64,000 bases of DNA from Guillardia theta CCMP2712 (Eukaryota > Protista > Cryptophyta), in the NCBI RefSeq assembly GCF_000315625.1, contig NW_005434619.1, forward strand, positions 227,357-291,356. Reading direction: 5' to 3'. The notes under the pieces were generated by a model. That model saw only the letters and a program-made list of their open reading frames with translations. It ran no database searches and was not told the DNA's origin. Below are positions 14,470 through 33,189 of this stretch, one piece after another (the first letter of the stretch is position 1; each line of letters starts with the position of its first letter). The position numbers and the translations under genes were made by a program.

Positions 14470-17400
14470 GCGAGACTATCGCGATCTCTTTATGTGCTGC
14501 ACGGGTAGTGAGGGCGAGACACGAGAAGGTGAGGAGGAAGGTGTGGGGAGGGAGAAACAGTGGAAGACGAAGGAGTAGGTGATCAGGAGGGCGGCAGCAG
14601 CAGGATTGGAAGGATCAGGAGGAGGAGGAGGAGGAGGAGGAGGAGGAGGAAGGGAGGGAGGAGGGAGGGAGGGAGGGAGGAGGAGGAGGAGGAGGAGGAA
14701 GGGGTGCAAACCTCTCTGCGGAGCTCCTCTAACTCTGAGATTATCTGCCCTGAAGGTATCACGCAAACAAGATCAACTGAGAGCACAGGCACGCCTCCTC
14801 CTCTACCTGCTCCTTCCTCGCCTGAAGACGTCGGTGCGCAGGGGCGTAGTCCTCCTCTTCCTGTAGCCCCACGATCTCACTAGAAGTTGACCGTGGCAGC
14901 AGCACAGGTAGCAAGGAGGAGCAGGAGCAGGAGCAAGGGCAGGGGCAGGAGCAGGGGCAGGGGCAGGGGCAGGGGCAGGGGCAGGGGCAGGGGCAGGGGC
15001 AGGAGAAGGAGTGCGGAATGGAGCAAACTCACCTCATCCCCTCCCATCAAGAAAGCCCCCAGCCCTCCAGCGTCTGCAAGCCTGCGTCCTCCCATTACCA
15101 TCACGACCTCCCTCCTCCTCCCTCCCTCCCCTCCATTCCCCTCTCTGCCCTCCCCTCCCCTCCCTCTCCGTCTCCTTCCTCTTCCTCTCAACGCCAGCCA
15201 TCTCTCTGCTGTCCTACTTTGATGATCCTCCAGGACCATATCTCGTCCTCACGCTCGTGTGCAGCCCCGACCCTCCATCTCGCCGCTCGTAGTCCTGCGG
15301 CCAGTCAGAGGGGCAGGAGGAGGAGGAGGAGGAGGAGGAGGAGGAGGAGGAGGAGGAGGAGGAGGAGACGAATTGACTCACATCCCACGCGTGAGGCTGA
15401 GCCTCGGCCCACGGCTGCAGCAACGGTGAGGAGAAAGAAACATGATGGGGGAGGAGGAGAGATAAAAGGGCAGACGAGACAGCGAGGGCGGGCTGGGGCG
15501 CAAGAGACTGCAGGGGAGGACGAGGGAAGAGAGGAGGAGAAGAAAGTAAGGAGGAGGAGAGGAGAGGAGAGGAGAGGAGAGGAGAGAGGTGGAGAGGAGA
15601 GGAGAGAGGAGGAGAGGAGAGGAGGAGAGGAGAGAGGAGGAGAGGAGAGAGGAGGAGAGGAGGAGGAGGAGAGTAGAGGAGACAGAGTGGGGGGGGGGAC
15701 GGGGNNNNNNNNNNNNNNNNNNNNNNNNNNNNNNNNNNNNNNNNNNNNNNNNNNNNNNNNNNNNNNNNNNNNNNNNNNNNNNNNNNNNNNNNNNNNNNNN
15801 NNNNNNNNNNNNNNNNNNNNNNNNNNNNNNNNNNNNNNNNNNNNNNNNNNNNNNNNNNNNNNNNNNNNNNNNNNNNNNNNNNNNNNNNNNNNNNNNNNNN
15901 NNNNNNNNNNNNNNNNNNNNNNNNNNNNNNNNNNNNNNNNNNNNNNNNNNNNNNNNNNNNNNNNNNNNNNNNNNNNNNNNNNNNNNNNNNNNNNNNNNNN
16001 NNNNNNNNNNNNNNNNNNNNNNCCTTCCTCTGGGAGTGCCACGTCACCAGGTAGACGAGCAGCACCTGAATCACCTGGCGTACGAGACCCCGCGCATGTT
16101 GCGAGGGATGGATTCCATGATAGTCGGCTCTCTGCCCCACCCGCCCAGCTCAGTACCAGCAGAGGAGACTGTTGTAGAGTGTTCTTCTCACCTCCCCATG
16201 GCAAGCATCAGCTTCCTCACATGACCTTTCTTCATGCCCAAGTCCAACATGTCCGCCTGTAGGAAGAGAAAGTTCTCACGTGCGGCGTTGCCCGCGCCCT
16301 CCTCCCCACCTCCGTCATCGTGTAAACAGAGTCCATCGTGTCCCAGCCCTCTTCCTCAAACGCCTGCAACGTCACGTCATCTGAGTGCACACTGAATTTC
16401 CTGGCATCATCACTTCACTCCATTCCATCATCTCCATCAACCTTGCAATCATCATTATCATCATCATCGTCATCATCACCACCACCACCACAACCATCTT
16501 CATCAACATCACCATCCCCATAGCCATCTACATGTACAACCTTGGCGTATTGAGGAAGACCATGATTTGTGAGCCACTCCTCCACTTCGTTTCGATTCTC
16601 AACCTCCTCCTCCTGCCCAACGATTCAACCAGCACACAAACCAAAATCAGCCATCACCTCCTCCTCAGCCTCCGGCTCGTATTTTCGGCCAGCAGCATTT
16701 CTCTTTCCTTCCTCTTTCAATTCTCGCTCGAACACAATTTCGTCATTGTGTCTCTTTGCCGGCACTTCACTGACTTCTGGGAGCTGGCTCGATTCCACAG
16801 CACACCGTCAGCTCGCCATTGGCTTGTTTGACCTGGCATGCTCACCCTGTGGGTTTTCTCGTTCGGAGCCCTTCCTCGATCTTTCTTGTTTGGTCTTGAA
16901 GACATTTCAGATATGTTGAACGAAGGAAGTGAAGTAGAAGGGAGGCAGGCGGGCAGCAGGAAAGTAGGAAGGTGGGAGTAGGAGGAGGAAGGGAGAGGGT
17001 GAGAAGGTGAGAGGGGAATAGGAAGAGAGGGAGGGAGGAAGGAAGAGAGGTAGGAAGAGAGGGAGGGAGGGAGGGAGGGAGGGAGGGAGATACCTCCCAT
17101 CCTTCTTCCCCTTGTCATCTAAAATTCGTGTTTACACCATAGCAGCAGGCAGAAGCAGGAGAGATACCATCCTTTCCCCATCGCAGCGTGTCTTTCACCT
17201 CCTCAGGATACTCGGCCTTGCCCTCTCCTCTGATTGAGGGGTCAGTCGATGACCAGACTACACATGCAGGTTACTTCTTCCGTCTTTCCATGTATTCCTG
17301 CAGGCAAGTCAGAGCAAGGCAGTGGACAACTTTACTTCGCACCTCGTACTCCTTGCTTCTCGCGGCTGCCTTCTCTTCAGCTCTCTTCATCTCCATTTCA

Positions 17401-17756
17401 GCCTGTAGAAAACATTCACTGACCATGGCGAGGTGCAGAGGAGCTGGATGCCTGTTTGATGTAACTGAACCGCTCATCGTGGTTCTCCTGTCATCGAGAG
17501 GAGGGTGAGAGAGCGAAGGATGACGATCAACGAGCGTCAAGTAGGATGAGACCTCGGGGTCTTCTTGCCCGTTCTCCGGTTGAGCCCCTCCACGAAGCGA
17601 GGCTACCCTGAGCGTGTTCCAACACCGCAGACAGGTCAACCCTCTTGCTTTCCTGGTGCTAGCGATTGGCTGGAAGCATGGTGTCGGTGCAGTACCACAA
17701 GCATGGTAGCACCCCAAGGAGAACACAATGGTGGCAAGGAGTCTTGAAGGTAGCAT
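14470..17756 (-). CDS. Multi-exon protein with signal-like leader, LRGG motif, coiled coil and a SAM domain
   Basis: Spliced EVEEWLTNHGLPQYAK|AFEEEGWDTMDSVYTMTE|ADMLDLGMKKGHVRKLMLAM fits the SAM consensus; the 3' exons beyond the gap are tentative. Confidence 0.7.
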
Positions 17757-18658
17757 CGGAGACCGATCGCCTGGAGGGGAGCCATGTGAGGATAGACAAA
17801 CAGGACGAGCAAGAGCATTCTCATTTCAACTCTCCCTCAATGCATATCTATATCAGAATTTCTTCCAATGCCCTCTGATTAGACCCTTCACCTCACCCTA
17901 TCTCCATTTCCCCCTCTCGTCCTCCCTCCATCTCAAAGCAACGGCCTTTTGCTCTTGCCCTTGATCTCAGGTGAGCTTCATTAGCCAGTGAAGATATAGA
18001 AGTAGTTCCATTCTGCCTGCATTCTCTTGTCGCATCCTTTCATTCCTCTCTGTCCTCCTCCTCCTCCTCCCCCCCCCCCCTCCTTGTCCTCTCCCTAGCC
18101 CTCTGCATTCCCCCGTCTGCCACAGCTTCTAGACACCCCCTCAACTCCTTCACCCCACCCCCCAACTTGATTTGTATTGAAAAATTACCCCTACCTATCT
18201 CTGACAAAACTACGGGTGAACATAACGATTACAAATTGAAAAGGGGTAGTCTGGTCTACTGACACCCCCACCCCCTATCTAGATGCCATGGTTTTGAGAT
18301 TTCAAATTGTCTGCAACCACGAAAGATGGATGACCGTATTCCAGAATCGCATCATTACTCAATGCTCCTCCTGGTACAAAGCAGGACACCTCCTGGGCCC
18401 GCCTCGAGGTATTTAAAGAAAAAAGTCAAGATGAACAAAAAAAAGGTGATGGGGAAAGGGAAATGGAATTAGATCAGCACAGGAACATGCAGGAAGCTGG
18501 CTGACCGTCCCATCCTCCTAGCAGTGACCGAGTAAGCTCCTCCTCTACAGCCGCTGTGACTGTGACCGCGCTGCCCGGCCGGGCTCCCGGTCCCCAACAC
18601 CGGCGAATCTCCAACCCTTCATTCGCTCACTTTCGAACAACAGTCTTGCAACTGAAAG

Positions 18659-20263
18659 ATGGCAGCAAAAGCCGCGAAAGCCGCACAACGAGTGGCAGAG
18701 GAGCTCGCGAAACATGAGAAGGAGTATCTGCCATGGTGACAGTGACTTATCCTTCATGTTTCTTGGGCCATGATAGCTGTTGCATGCAGGCATCAGAAGT
18801 GCGATGAGACCAAAACAACAGGTGGAAACAAGCACATGTTGACATTGCAGGCTGAAGTATCGGCTACAGGGGAGATGAATCTGCTGGTTGCAATAACAGT
18901 TCCAGCGTCGGAGAAACGACATTTGCATGGCTACGACAAGTGACTGGTTAGATGTCGAAAACTCGGTCTTGATAGTGATGTGACAGGACGGATGTCTACG
19001 ACCTCGACCTGCTGCTCAAACCCAACACCAACTTCTACCACAAGCATGTGCGAGAGCATCAGGAAGTCTGTGAGGATGAATGTGCCCCTGAGAGCCTTGA
19101 AGGATGATGTGAATTCAGCTATGAAAGAACTTCAAGAGATGAAGAAAGAAATGCGAGACGAGCTTCAAAACACCTTGTTGTCAAGCTTTCTAGGCTCCTA
19201 CAGTGAGAACTCGAAATGGGAAAATCACGACGATGTAAGGCTCAGCCCATGTCGCCTGTTCTGTGATGAGCGTCTGGGCAGACGTGGAAGGACTTGACGG
19301 GCTGGGAGGAGCAGGCAGTCTTCGACGACATCCTAGAGCTGGTTCGTTAGCTGACAGCCAATGACTCTTTCTAGCTCGTCGACTGACCATCGGCTCCAGA
19401 TCGTCGAGGAGTTCATGAGGACCTGGTCAAGGGTAGACTTCTCGACTTGGAGGAGCACAGATGATACAAGGTCCTGCCCACTCGCCGTGTCCGGTATGTG
19501 ACGTCACCGAGTGCTTCAGCGTCAGGACGGTGGATGGCACCGAGCTGATCCTTCAGTACGGCGAGAAAGGAAGAGAAATGATCAGCTTCTGGGCGGGGGC
19601 ACCGGAGGTCATCCAGGAGGTATGAGCTGCGTTTCTGTTCCTTGTTGCTCCTTCTCCTTTGCCTCACGGTCCTTTGCCTCCTCCTGCTGCAGATAGCGAA
19701 AGGGACGGAGGAGAAGAAGGAGATTTTCAACATCCAACAGGTGGAGATTGGACGTCACTGCTCTTCCCGAGCTGAGATCTAGAGCCGCACAGCTGTTGAC
19801 GAGTGCTAGCCGCATGCTGGCTGGGGAGGAAAGGCCGAACGGAGTGTTTGAGAGCATGGAGGGTCAGTTCCAGCAACACAACAGGAGGAAGGAAGGTGGA
19901 GCTCGAAATAGCTGCCCTTCTTCCTTGTTGACTCATCACGTTGCCCTCGCAGACGGCTCCTGTCCGGACTTTCTTCCCCCCTGGGCAATAGCTGGGCCTT
20001 ACTCTGAGATTCACCGATGGTTCTTCCAAGGTCACTCGAACGAGCCCACTACCTCGTCTCATCCTCGTGACAGGGACTGGGACTACGACGCATGTTGTCT
20101 GCAGCGGAGGTGAAGGATGATCAGCCTGATGATTGTGATGACTCTGCTTCGCAGTCGTTGAGCAGTGGGACCAGGAGGACGTTACAGGAGACTTCTGCTT
20201 GACGGACAGGTTGAAGTTAGCTATGCGCTCTCCTCTTCCTCTCTCCATTCTTGCTCCTGCTCT

Positions 20264-20308
<45 letters not shown>

Positions 20309-22148
20309 TCCTGTTCATTGCCTCATGGTTAAGTAGAGAACGAATGTACCTCAAGCAGGCTCTGCAGCTGACGGTAATAATGGAGGAGAGCATTTCTTGT
20401 CAACGTGGCTGAAATTTGGACTGGTCAGGTCAAAGCATCTCGACGAGATTTGTACAAGTTCCCTCTAGATATTCGAGAAATTCACCTTTTGTCAAAGGTC
20501 CTCGATCATTCTTGCTCATACTGATACTTCGACCTCTTCTCTCCATCATGATCCTACTTCTACTTCTACTCCTCCATCTCTCAGCTCAACATTCATTCTC
20601 TTCCTTAACCTCTCCCACTTCATACTTGTTCGATTCATTTCCATGCTCATCCCCGTACCTTCTGATTGCTCTTCTTTAGATCAAGCAACATGTGGAGGCT
20701 GGTCCGTGGCATAATCCAGCTCTGGGAATCTTTCAGGTCTGCAGAGAGAAAGGCAGAGGACCAAGTGCGGAGGAGGAGGAGGAGGAGGAGCAGCAGCAGC
20801 AGCAGCAGCAGCAGGGTAGGTATGGAGGCAGAAAAAGGATCAAGGAAAGGAAAGGCAACGGGATTGGGTCCTTGACAGCGAGCTGACTCTGTTCTCCCGC
20901 GTGTTCAGTTTCGCGTCAAGTCCTTGAAGAAGAGGATGAGGAATTGCGTCTTTTTCAGCAAGTGCCTGGAGACGCTGCCGCAGGGCTCGGTAGCCGACAA
21001 GGTCCCCGCACGGCCCGAGGCATTCGAGGAGGAGATACCCCTGGACCCCCTCCCTCCCAACCTCGAGAGCCTCCAGAGGGACCAGAATGAAGTCATCGAG
21101 TTCTACAAGTACGGCAAGAAGATCGGTACTGGACGCTCTTTCCTCCCCTTCTCAACCCCCTCTCTCCCTTCCACTCCCCTCTCCTCTCCTCTCCCCTCCC
21201 CCTCCTCTGCTTCCTTCTTTTTCCCTCTCCTCTATCTTCTCCATCCTCACCCTCCCCTCCTCCTTGTAAGGTTCGTCCCTCCCTCGTGCCCCCTCCTTCC
21301 CTTCCTTACATCAAACTTCTCCTGACTCCTCCTCCTCCTCTTTTCCCACTTTTGTTCCAATCCCTCCTCCCCCCATCTTCCTCTTCCTTTCTCACCTCAC
21401 ACCTCCAGGAGCGATCCGAGCCAAGTATGTCCTGGAGGATCGCTTCCGGCTCCTGGACATGATCGAAGAGTTCACCCCCGACTTTCTCTCCTCCTTCAAG
21501 ACCATCGGCCTCGACTCTGACGGGCAGGATCACACCATGAGCTCCAAGACTTTACAGCACATCACCGACATCACAGCGCTGGCTATGGATCTGAGCATGC
21601 CAGACTACAGGTACAGCCTCCCTCTCCCCCTCCATCCATCCTTCCCTTCCCTCTCCCCCTCCCCGTGCTCCCGCGCACCTGTTGGTTCCTTCCTCCCTTG
21701 TTCGTTCCCCTGCCCTTCCTTACTGACCTTCTGCTCTCTCCCTTTCCCCTTCGCTCCTCTGCTCCCCTCCCCATCTCTCCCCCTCCCCTCCTCTTCCCCT
21801 TCAGAGAAGACTTTATTGCTTGCTTCCTCAAGACTCAACTCGAGGAGGTCCTCTGCACTCTTCCTCCTCCTCCTCTCATGTTTCCCAGCTCATCGGCCCC
21901 ACCTGGCACATCATCGTCGGCCGATCCTTCGGCTACAGCATCGCGTGTGAGGCCCGCCACATGTGCGAGTGAGTCCTGCTAGCAGCTCTTGACAGGGTGC
22001 AGACCAGCTGGGGGAGGTGGACGAGAGGGATGAGGGGAGGGGAGAGAGGGATGGGAAGAACGAGTGGGAGCTCAGGTATGTCTGCAGGTTCAGGATGCGA
22101 CATTTGGCGATCCTCGTGTGGAAGTCGGAGCCGGAGGAAGCGTCTTAG
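18659..22148 (+). CDS. Large multi-exon protein with a C-terminal dynein light chain type 1 (LC8) domain
   Basis: Spliced MSSKTLQHITDITALAM...EDFIACFLKTQLEE|LIGPTWHIIVGRSFGYSIACEARHMCE|FRMRHLAILVWKS aligns with LC8 [37 protein letters not shown]; the 5' exon structure is uncertain. Confidence 0.7.
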
Positions 22149-22498
22149 CGCTTCGTGCGAGAGACGTTGAGGATAGGGGTCGGGTCGGCTGGTGGAGGGT
22201 CAACAAAAGCAGCAAAGGACAAGCTGAGGAAAGGAGGAGGAGGAGGAGGACGAAGAGGAAGGGGAAAGGGGGATGGAGACCTTGGGGGAGTGGAGCGGGG
22301 AGAAAGAAGCCAGGAGGCCGAAGCAGAAAGGAAGGAGGGGAGGGGGGGAGGGAGGAAGCAAAGGAGAAGGAAGGATGTGAGGACTGGAAAGAAGAGAGAA
22401 AGGAGGGAGAAAGGAGGGAGAAGAGGAGAGAAAGCTTACTTGGCCAGTTCCGCAATGATTCCTCGACGCCTGAGCAAGTCAATCAGTTCACGAGCTTC

Positions 22499-24563
22499 TC
22501 AGAGTTCGACGTCACCGGGGAAGTAGAGCAGATCCATCATCCTCTCCTGCAGTTGACACCCATCAGTCCCCACCTCCACCCCAGCACAGGCTGCCACCCT
22601 CCCCCCGTCACATGTTTCTCCCCTTGACCAAACATCCTCCTCCTTCTGCGCAATGTCCTTCCCTCCTCCCTCCCTCCCTCCCTCCCTCCCTCCCTCCCTC
22701 CCCGCTTGCCTGCCTGCCTGCCTGCCTGCCTGCCCTTCACTTTCTTTCTTGTGCTATCCTCTTCCATCTCCTCCTTTCTATTAACTCCCTTCTCTGTTCC
22801 CCTTCCTCTACAATCTGCTCGCCGTTTCCTTCTTCCTCGTCTCCTCTTCGACACCATCCTCACCTCATATTTGGGATCGAACTGAGGGTTCTTCTCGAAC
22901 TGAGGGTCGTACTGCAACTGCTCAGGAAGATTCAGCTCTTCCTCCCCCTCCTCCTCGTCCTCCTCCTCCTCCTCCTTCACACGCCTCGTAGAAGTTGGTG
23001 GCGACTCGAAAAGGAGTGTAGCCCAGCTGCCAACATCGTGAGGATCAGCTGTGGTAGAGCAAGGGTTGATCAACAACTCACCGAGTTGGTGACGTTGACA
23101 TGGGCCCCGGCATCCAGGAGCAGCTCGACCTGAGTAGAACCTCAGCTGGAGTTTTCGGGCCCTCGGGCCGTACCATGTCGGGGTCGAGAGTTTCTGCCGC
23201 ATAATGCAATGGAAAACTTCCGGTCTGCCTCGCGACGATCAAAACCTCCTCCTCCTCCTGCTCCTCCTGCTCCTCCTGCTCCTCCTGCTCCTCCTGCTCC
23301 CGCTCCCGCTCCTTCTCCTGCTCCTCCTGTTTCATATGTCCTCTCATCAGGCTATCCTACTAGACTCTTGTCTTCCTTTGCTCCTGGCCCTGCTACTTCT
23401 GTTGGACTGCATTACCTGGTCCATGGCGTTGGGATCCGCTCCTGCCTCCAACAGTATCCTGCGCATCCAAGTTACCTTCTCCTGCCCCCCAACTCTCCTC
23501 CTGCTCATGCTCGTGCTCGTGCTCGTGCTCGTGCTCTCCTTCTCTTCCCCCCCAACTCTCCTCCTCTCCCTCCCCCTCTTCATCCCCGCTGGGCAGCAAG
23601 CACTTCTTACTTGGCTACCCCGAAGCACTCCGAAGAAGCTGACAATCCCAGGTCACTCAGGAAGGGAGGATAGCGGAGTGCGGTTACAGCTCGCGATGTG
23701 CAATCCCGATCGGTTTACCTGCAGGACAAACACGATGAGCGAGAAGCAATGCAGAGGGGAGAAGGAGAGGAGAGGAGAAGGGAAGAGAGGGCAGAGGACA
23801 GGCAAGGTGAGGCGACGAGGAGGGGGGAGGAGAAGGGAGGGGATGGAGGGAAGGGAAGGGGAGAGGAGAGGAGGGAACATTTTGACCTTTCCAGGATGTC
23901 GGATGTTGACGTCGATGCCTGCAGCAATGTACTCTCTGACGATTGTTTCGTTTGCTGCACAACGTAAAGCATTCAGCATCATCCACATCCACACATGTAC
24001 ATGCACACAGATGCATATTGATATCATCATGTACATGTACATCTACATAGATGCACATTCATATCATCTTCAGCTCCTACCCAAATCGCAAGCGTCAAAG
24101 AAGGGCTCATAGCTCGGATCCAAGACTGGCTCCACAATCGGCACATCGTCCTTTACACAAGGGACGCGTCAGGAACCCCCGACCCTCACGCGTTGAGCTA
24201 ACAAAGTCAGGCTCGGGAAAGGGAATCCGTTTCTGACTGTCTATCCAATCCTTGACCTGTCAACATGTGTGAAGACCCACCGGGTGGCAAGGGAAGACCT
24301 ACATTCCTGTCGCTCTGCTTCATGAACGAATGAGCTGCGTCCTCGCTCGCCTCGTCGTCGTCGTCGTCAACCCCTCCTCCTCCTTCCTCCTGACCCTCCT
24401 CGCCTCCCTCCCTCCGCTTTGATCGCCGGGAGATCTTCTCCAGGATCGGTTGGATGAAGCTCTCAAACTAACAGAAACTTCTCAGAAGGAATATCGGCTG
24501 GTACTGTAGGAGCAGGAGCAGTAGGAGCAGTAGGAGCAGTAGGAGCAGCGGGAACGGGAGAAT

Positions 24564-24625
<62 letters not shown>

Positions 24626-24909
24626 CAGACATCATATACCTGCATCTCATCCTCTTCCGTCCAAGCCTGCTGCTCGTCTCCGCCTCCTCTCAGCAACAAC
24701 ACCATACCTCGACCGGAGCGTATGGTGATTCCACCACTAAGGCCGTGGTCATGCACAGGACCCGAGGAGGACGACGGGGAGGAGGAGGAAGAAAGGAGGA
24801 GAGAGATGAGGAGGAGGAGGCATTGGGAGGAGAGCGCAGGTCGGAGCAGGAGCAAGGAGCAGGAGCGCGTCGCTCCCTGCAAGCGGTCCCCGCCGACCCC
24901 ACACGCCAT
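22499..24909 (-). CDS. Ankyrin-repeat protein with hydrophobic leader, LRGG motif and acidic region
   Basis: IVREYIAAGIDVN, RSGLHIAS, RILLEAGADPNAMD, FPLHYAAE, ELLLDAGAHVN in successive exons. Confidence 0.8.
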
Positions 24910-25008
24910 GAAATTCGCACTTTCAAAAAACTCTTTGCCAGGGGTGGGTGAAGGCAGACCAGGAAAAATTTCCCCAGGGAAAGCAGCAGGGAAAGGGGAA
25001 GGGGAGCT

Positions 25009-25009
<1 letters not shown>

Positions 25010-25076
<67 letters not shown>

Positions 25077-25090
25077 AGACAGGGACAGAG
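25010..25090 (+). repeat. (GGGACA)n hexamer repeat in the ~225-bp spacer between divergent genes
   Basis: Seen directly. Confidence 0.9.
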
Positions 25091-25133
25091 CAAGTGATCG
25101 GCAAGTCATCGCCGTAGCGTGCTCTCGTTCTGA

Positions 25134-29773
<4,640 letters not shown>

Positions 29774-29830
29774 TGTACATCGCCTTGTAAATGATAACAG
29801 GAAAGAATAAAACCTATACAGACAACTTTG

Positions 29831-31277
29831 CTACTGTACATGCAAAGGGAAAACAAGAGTGGATAGAAGGATATGCAGCCCAAACCCGGCGAGGAGGATG
29901 ACTCCGACGATCATGACGTTGCAAACTTCGGTGTTGCACATCCTCACCCTTCCAGGCTTGTACAAGTCATGGTCCTCTTTCGCATCAATGAAATTCTTCA
30001 TCCATGCTCGCCGGACAGGTCTCTTGAATCTCTGCAGATGCTCTGTGGTCCCAAACAGCTCCTCCTTGATGTTGGAGTATGCGGTGGAGAAGCTCAGAGG
30101 AAGGCACATCTCCTGCTCCTCCTCTTGCCCCGTCGCCGCCTCTGACTCGCCCTGATCCAACTCTGCAGGCTCAGAATCCCTTGCTTCCTCCGCGGCCTTT
30201 TCGTGAGTGGCTGACGGCTGATCTGCCTTGCTAGCAGACGTCTGGTCATCACTAATCTTCTCTTGCTCGTCCCGTTTCATATAGGCCTCGTCATCAGCTT
30301 TGATGTCCCTCGCGATCTTCGCGACTGGGCTCGCAGTATCCTCCTTCGGCCCTTCGGCCTGCTCCGCCCCTGAATGAACATTCCGATCAGTACATGCACA
30401 CAACACAACAACAGCAGAGCAGTACATCAACCCCTCGATACACATCAAGTAACAAGAGGGAACGAATTTGCATCAGGTCTAGATATCTTCTGCAAGGAAC
30501 GAGCCTTCGGTAGGGTGCAGGTCACACTTATCCATGAGATGCATCCACCACAGAAACAATTTCGCACTTGACTCAAGGCATAGTCACCGCGTCCTCAGAG
30601 GCTAACGCCTTAGACCCGGCCGGCTTAATGTGCGCACTAGAGGGGAGGACGACACAACTTCCTTCGAGGGAACATAGAGGAAGCAGAACAAGGACGCCAG
30701 AGCACATGAAAGACAACATGATGCATGCTTGCGCACAGTCTTACTTCGAACGCTCCATTCCATAGAAGGAAGTGCAGGCATCATGGCTGCAAACCATCCC
30801 CGGTTTCCGTTGACATTCTGCGCCTCCTGGCTTGCTGAAAGCGGCATGTCAACAGCCAATATCACAGACATCGTCAGCATTACCGGATCGGGCCTCCTCC
30901 CTCGACAGGGGTCTGTTCGTAACGTCGCTGGAATGTGAACAGTGAGAAGCATCACCAACACTCTTGCAACTCTACCTGCCCATCCACGAGGCGAGCCATG
31001 AAGAACGATCGATCGAGCTTCGAAGAAGACTCATGAAATCGTGTCTTGAGCTTGGCTGCAAATGTGTAGCATGTTCCAGTTGGCCAGTTTCAACCATGTC
31101 CTGGCGACCTTCAACAATGCCGGAATGTTGTACCGAGACAATGTCCTCATTTTCATCTGCTAAAGCCGACGATCCACCATTATCATCCTGATCTTGGATT
31201 GTTGTTGGAGCCGCACCCTCCTTGACTTCGACATTGACAACCACCTCGTCCGGGTTTGCATCATGGTCTTTGACCAT
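29831..31277 (-). CDS. Hypothetical acidic protein with a C-terminal transmembrane helix (probably one multi-exon gene)
   Basis: Acidic exon-like ORFs at 30972-31277 and 29831-30448; TM segment VMIVGVILLAGFGLHILL. Confidence 0.45.
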
Positions 31278-31318
31278 GATCGAAACTACCTTGATCTTGC
31301 CTCACAATATAGTGTTCT

Positions 31319-31397
31319 TCTTGTCTTGTTGTCTTGTTGTCTTGTTGTCTTGTTGTCTTGTTGTCTTGTTGTCTTGTTGTCTTGTTGTCTTGTTGTC
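31319..31397 (+). repeat. (GTCTTGTT)n 8-bp tandem repeat
   Basis: About 9 units, seen directly. Confidence 0.9.
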
Positions 31398-31998
31398 CCT
31401 TCTTTTCTTCACCTTCTCACCGCAAGAACAGCTCGTGTCCGTACGATGCTTGCAGCGCTACTCCAGCATCTTCTTCGCTTCTCGATTAGGGTGGTGGGTC
31501 ATTAGATACCGTCACAGTACCCCCTGATTGGAAATGAATGATTCGTATCAAGTACCCGTGTGGTGACTACCCCACCCATCTATTTTGATGAGTACCCATG
31601 GCCCCTCAGTCGATGAGTAAAAATGTTTGGAAATGAATGAGCTAATTGCATTTTGTAGTGTTCAGCATCCCGGCCCGTCAGGCCCGGTAAGTTTAGGTTC
31701 AATTTAGTTCTCAATAACCTAAACTAAGCTAATCTTTTTTTTCCTTGCACGCGCAGTTATCAACCACCCTCCAAACGCACCACCCCGACAACGACTACCC
31801 CGAAGTATTGACAAAAAGTCTTGATGACCCGTGTAAATGACTATTAAAAGTACCCCCAAGCAGAACGGTTTTTCACCCCCCACCAGGTTTCAATCATGTA
31901 TCCACCCACCCTCTTTCGCAGACGGCGCAGTACCCCGAGCAATTTGTGGTCAAAGACACCGGTGGTCCACCCAAGCGCCCACCGCACGAGCCGCCGCC

Positions 31999-33039
31999 AT
32001 GGGTGCGTACAAGTACATGGAGGAGCTTTGGAAGAAGAAGCAGAGCGATGTGCTTCGCTTCCTCTCCCGCGTGAGAGTGTGGGAGTACAGGCAGCTCCCT
32101 GCTATCCACAGATGCACTCGCCCAACCCGCCCGGACAAGGCCAGGAGGTGAGATAACAGGACGATGGAGAAATTCCATGTTGTCGCGTATGATCGCATCA
32201 AAAATGGATCTTTCAGTGAATATTTCACGTGTATCATTTCTGTTCAGAGATCGAAACATGTTTCTAGATGTTTTTTATATATGCGGTTTGAATCTCGACG
32301 ATTTTGTTGATGGGGTGCCCCTTGGCGATATCATGCTATTTGTTTACCATGTACCGCTGTGACTCCTGTGTCTCTGATTGCTATGGTTGCACGGAGGAAT
32401 CCTGTCTCCTACCGTACATTGGGGAATGAATTCTCTGTTGTTGCCATGGTGTTAGTTGTGCGTGTACATGTCATCACTTTGACCAACATGCAAGAAGCAC
32501 TATGATTCACACGCTCTTGACAGGTTGGGATACAAGGCCAAGCAGGGCATTGTCATCTACCGTGTTCGCGTTCGCCGTGGAAGCAGGAAGAGGCCTGTTC
32601 ACAAGGGTACCGTGTGGGGTAAGCCCAAGAGCTCTGGTGCCATCAACAAGTTCAAGTGCACCCGCAACCTCCGATCCCTTGCCGAAGAGCGTGTCGGTCG
32701 CAGATGCGGAGACCTCCGTGTCCTCAACTCCTACTGGGTTGCCCAGGATGGCATGTACAAGTTCTACGAAGTTATCCTTGTTGATCCTGCTCACCGCGTC
32801 GTCCGCAACGATCCTCGCCTCAACTGGATCTGCAGTGCCAAGATGAAGCACAGAGAGCTCCGTGGTCTCACAGCTGCTGGAAGGAAGGGACGTGGTGTTG
32901 CCAGAGGACACGGCAATCACAGGTGCTTTCTTCATCTCTCTGTTAGATTTCTGTGCGCTAAACTTGCTTCAGATTTATGCCTTCCCGCCGTGCTGTATGG
33001 AAGAAGCACAACTCCGTCTCCCTCAGACGCTTCAGATAG
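31999..33039 (+). CDS. RPL15: 60S ribosomal protein L15 (eL15); exons 31999-32147, 32524-32922, 32973-33039
   Basis: [21 protein letters not shown]...PTRPDKARR|LGYKAKQG...[10 protein letters not shown]...KHRELRGLT...[19 protein letters not shown]. Confidence 0.98.
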
Positions 33040-33189
33040 ACGAGTTAAGCATCGGCTTGGCTGTGTTAATGAAATTCTTTATAGCCATGCTCTCCACTCT
33101 GTCACTATCATTTGCTTTGGTGCTTCGCACTCTTCTCTACTAGATGATTCGGAAGTTGCACTTGTAAGGTTCAGCAAGTATTGTTTCAG

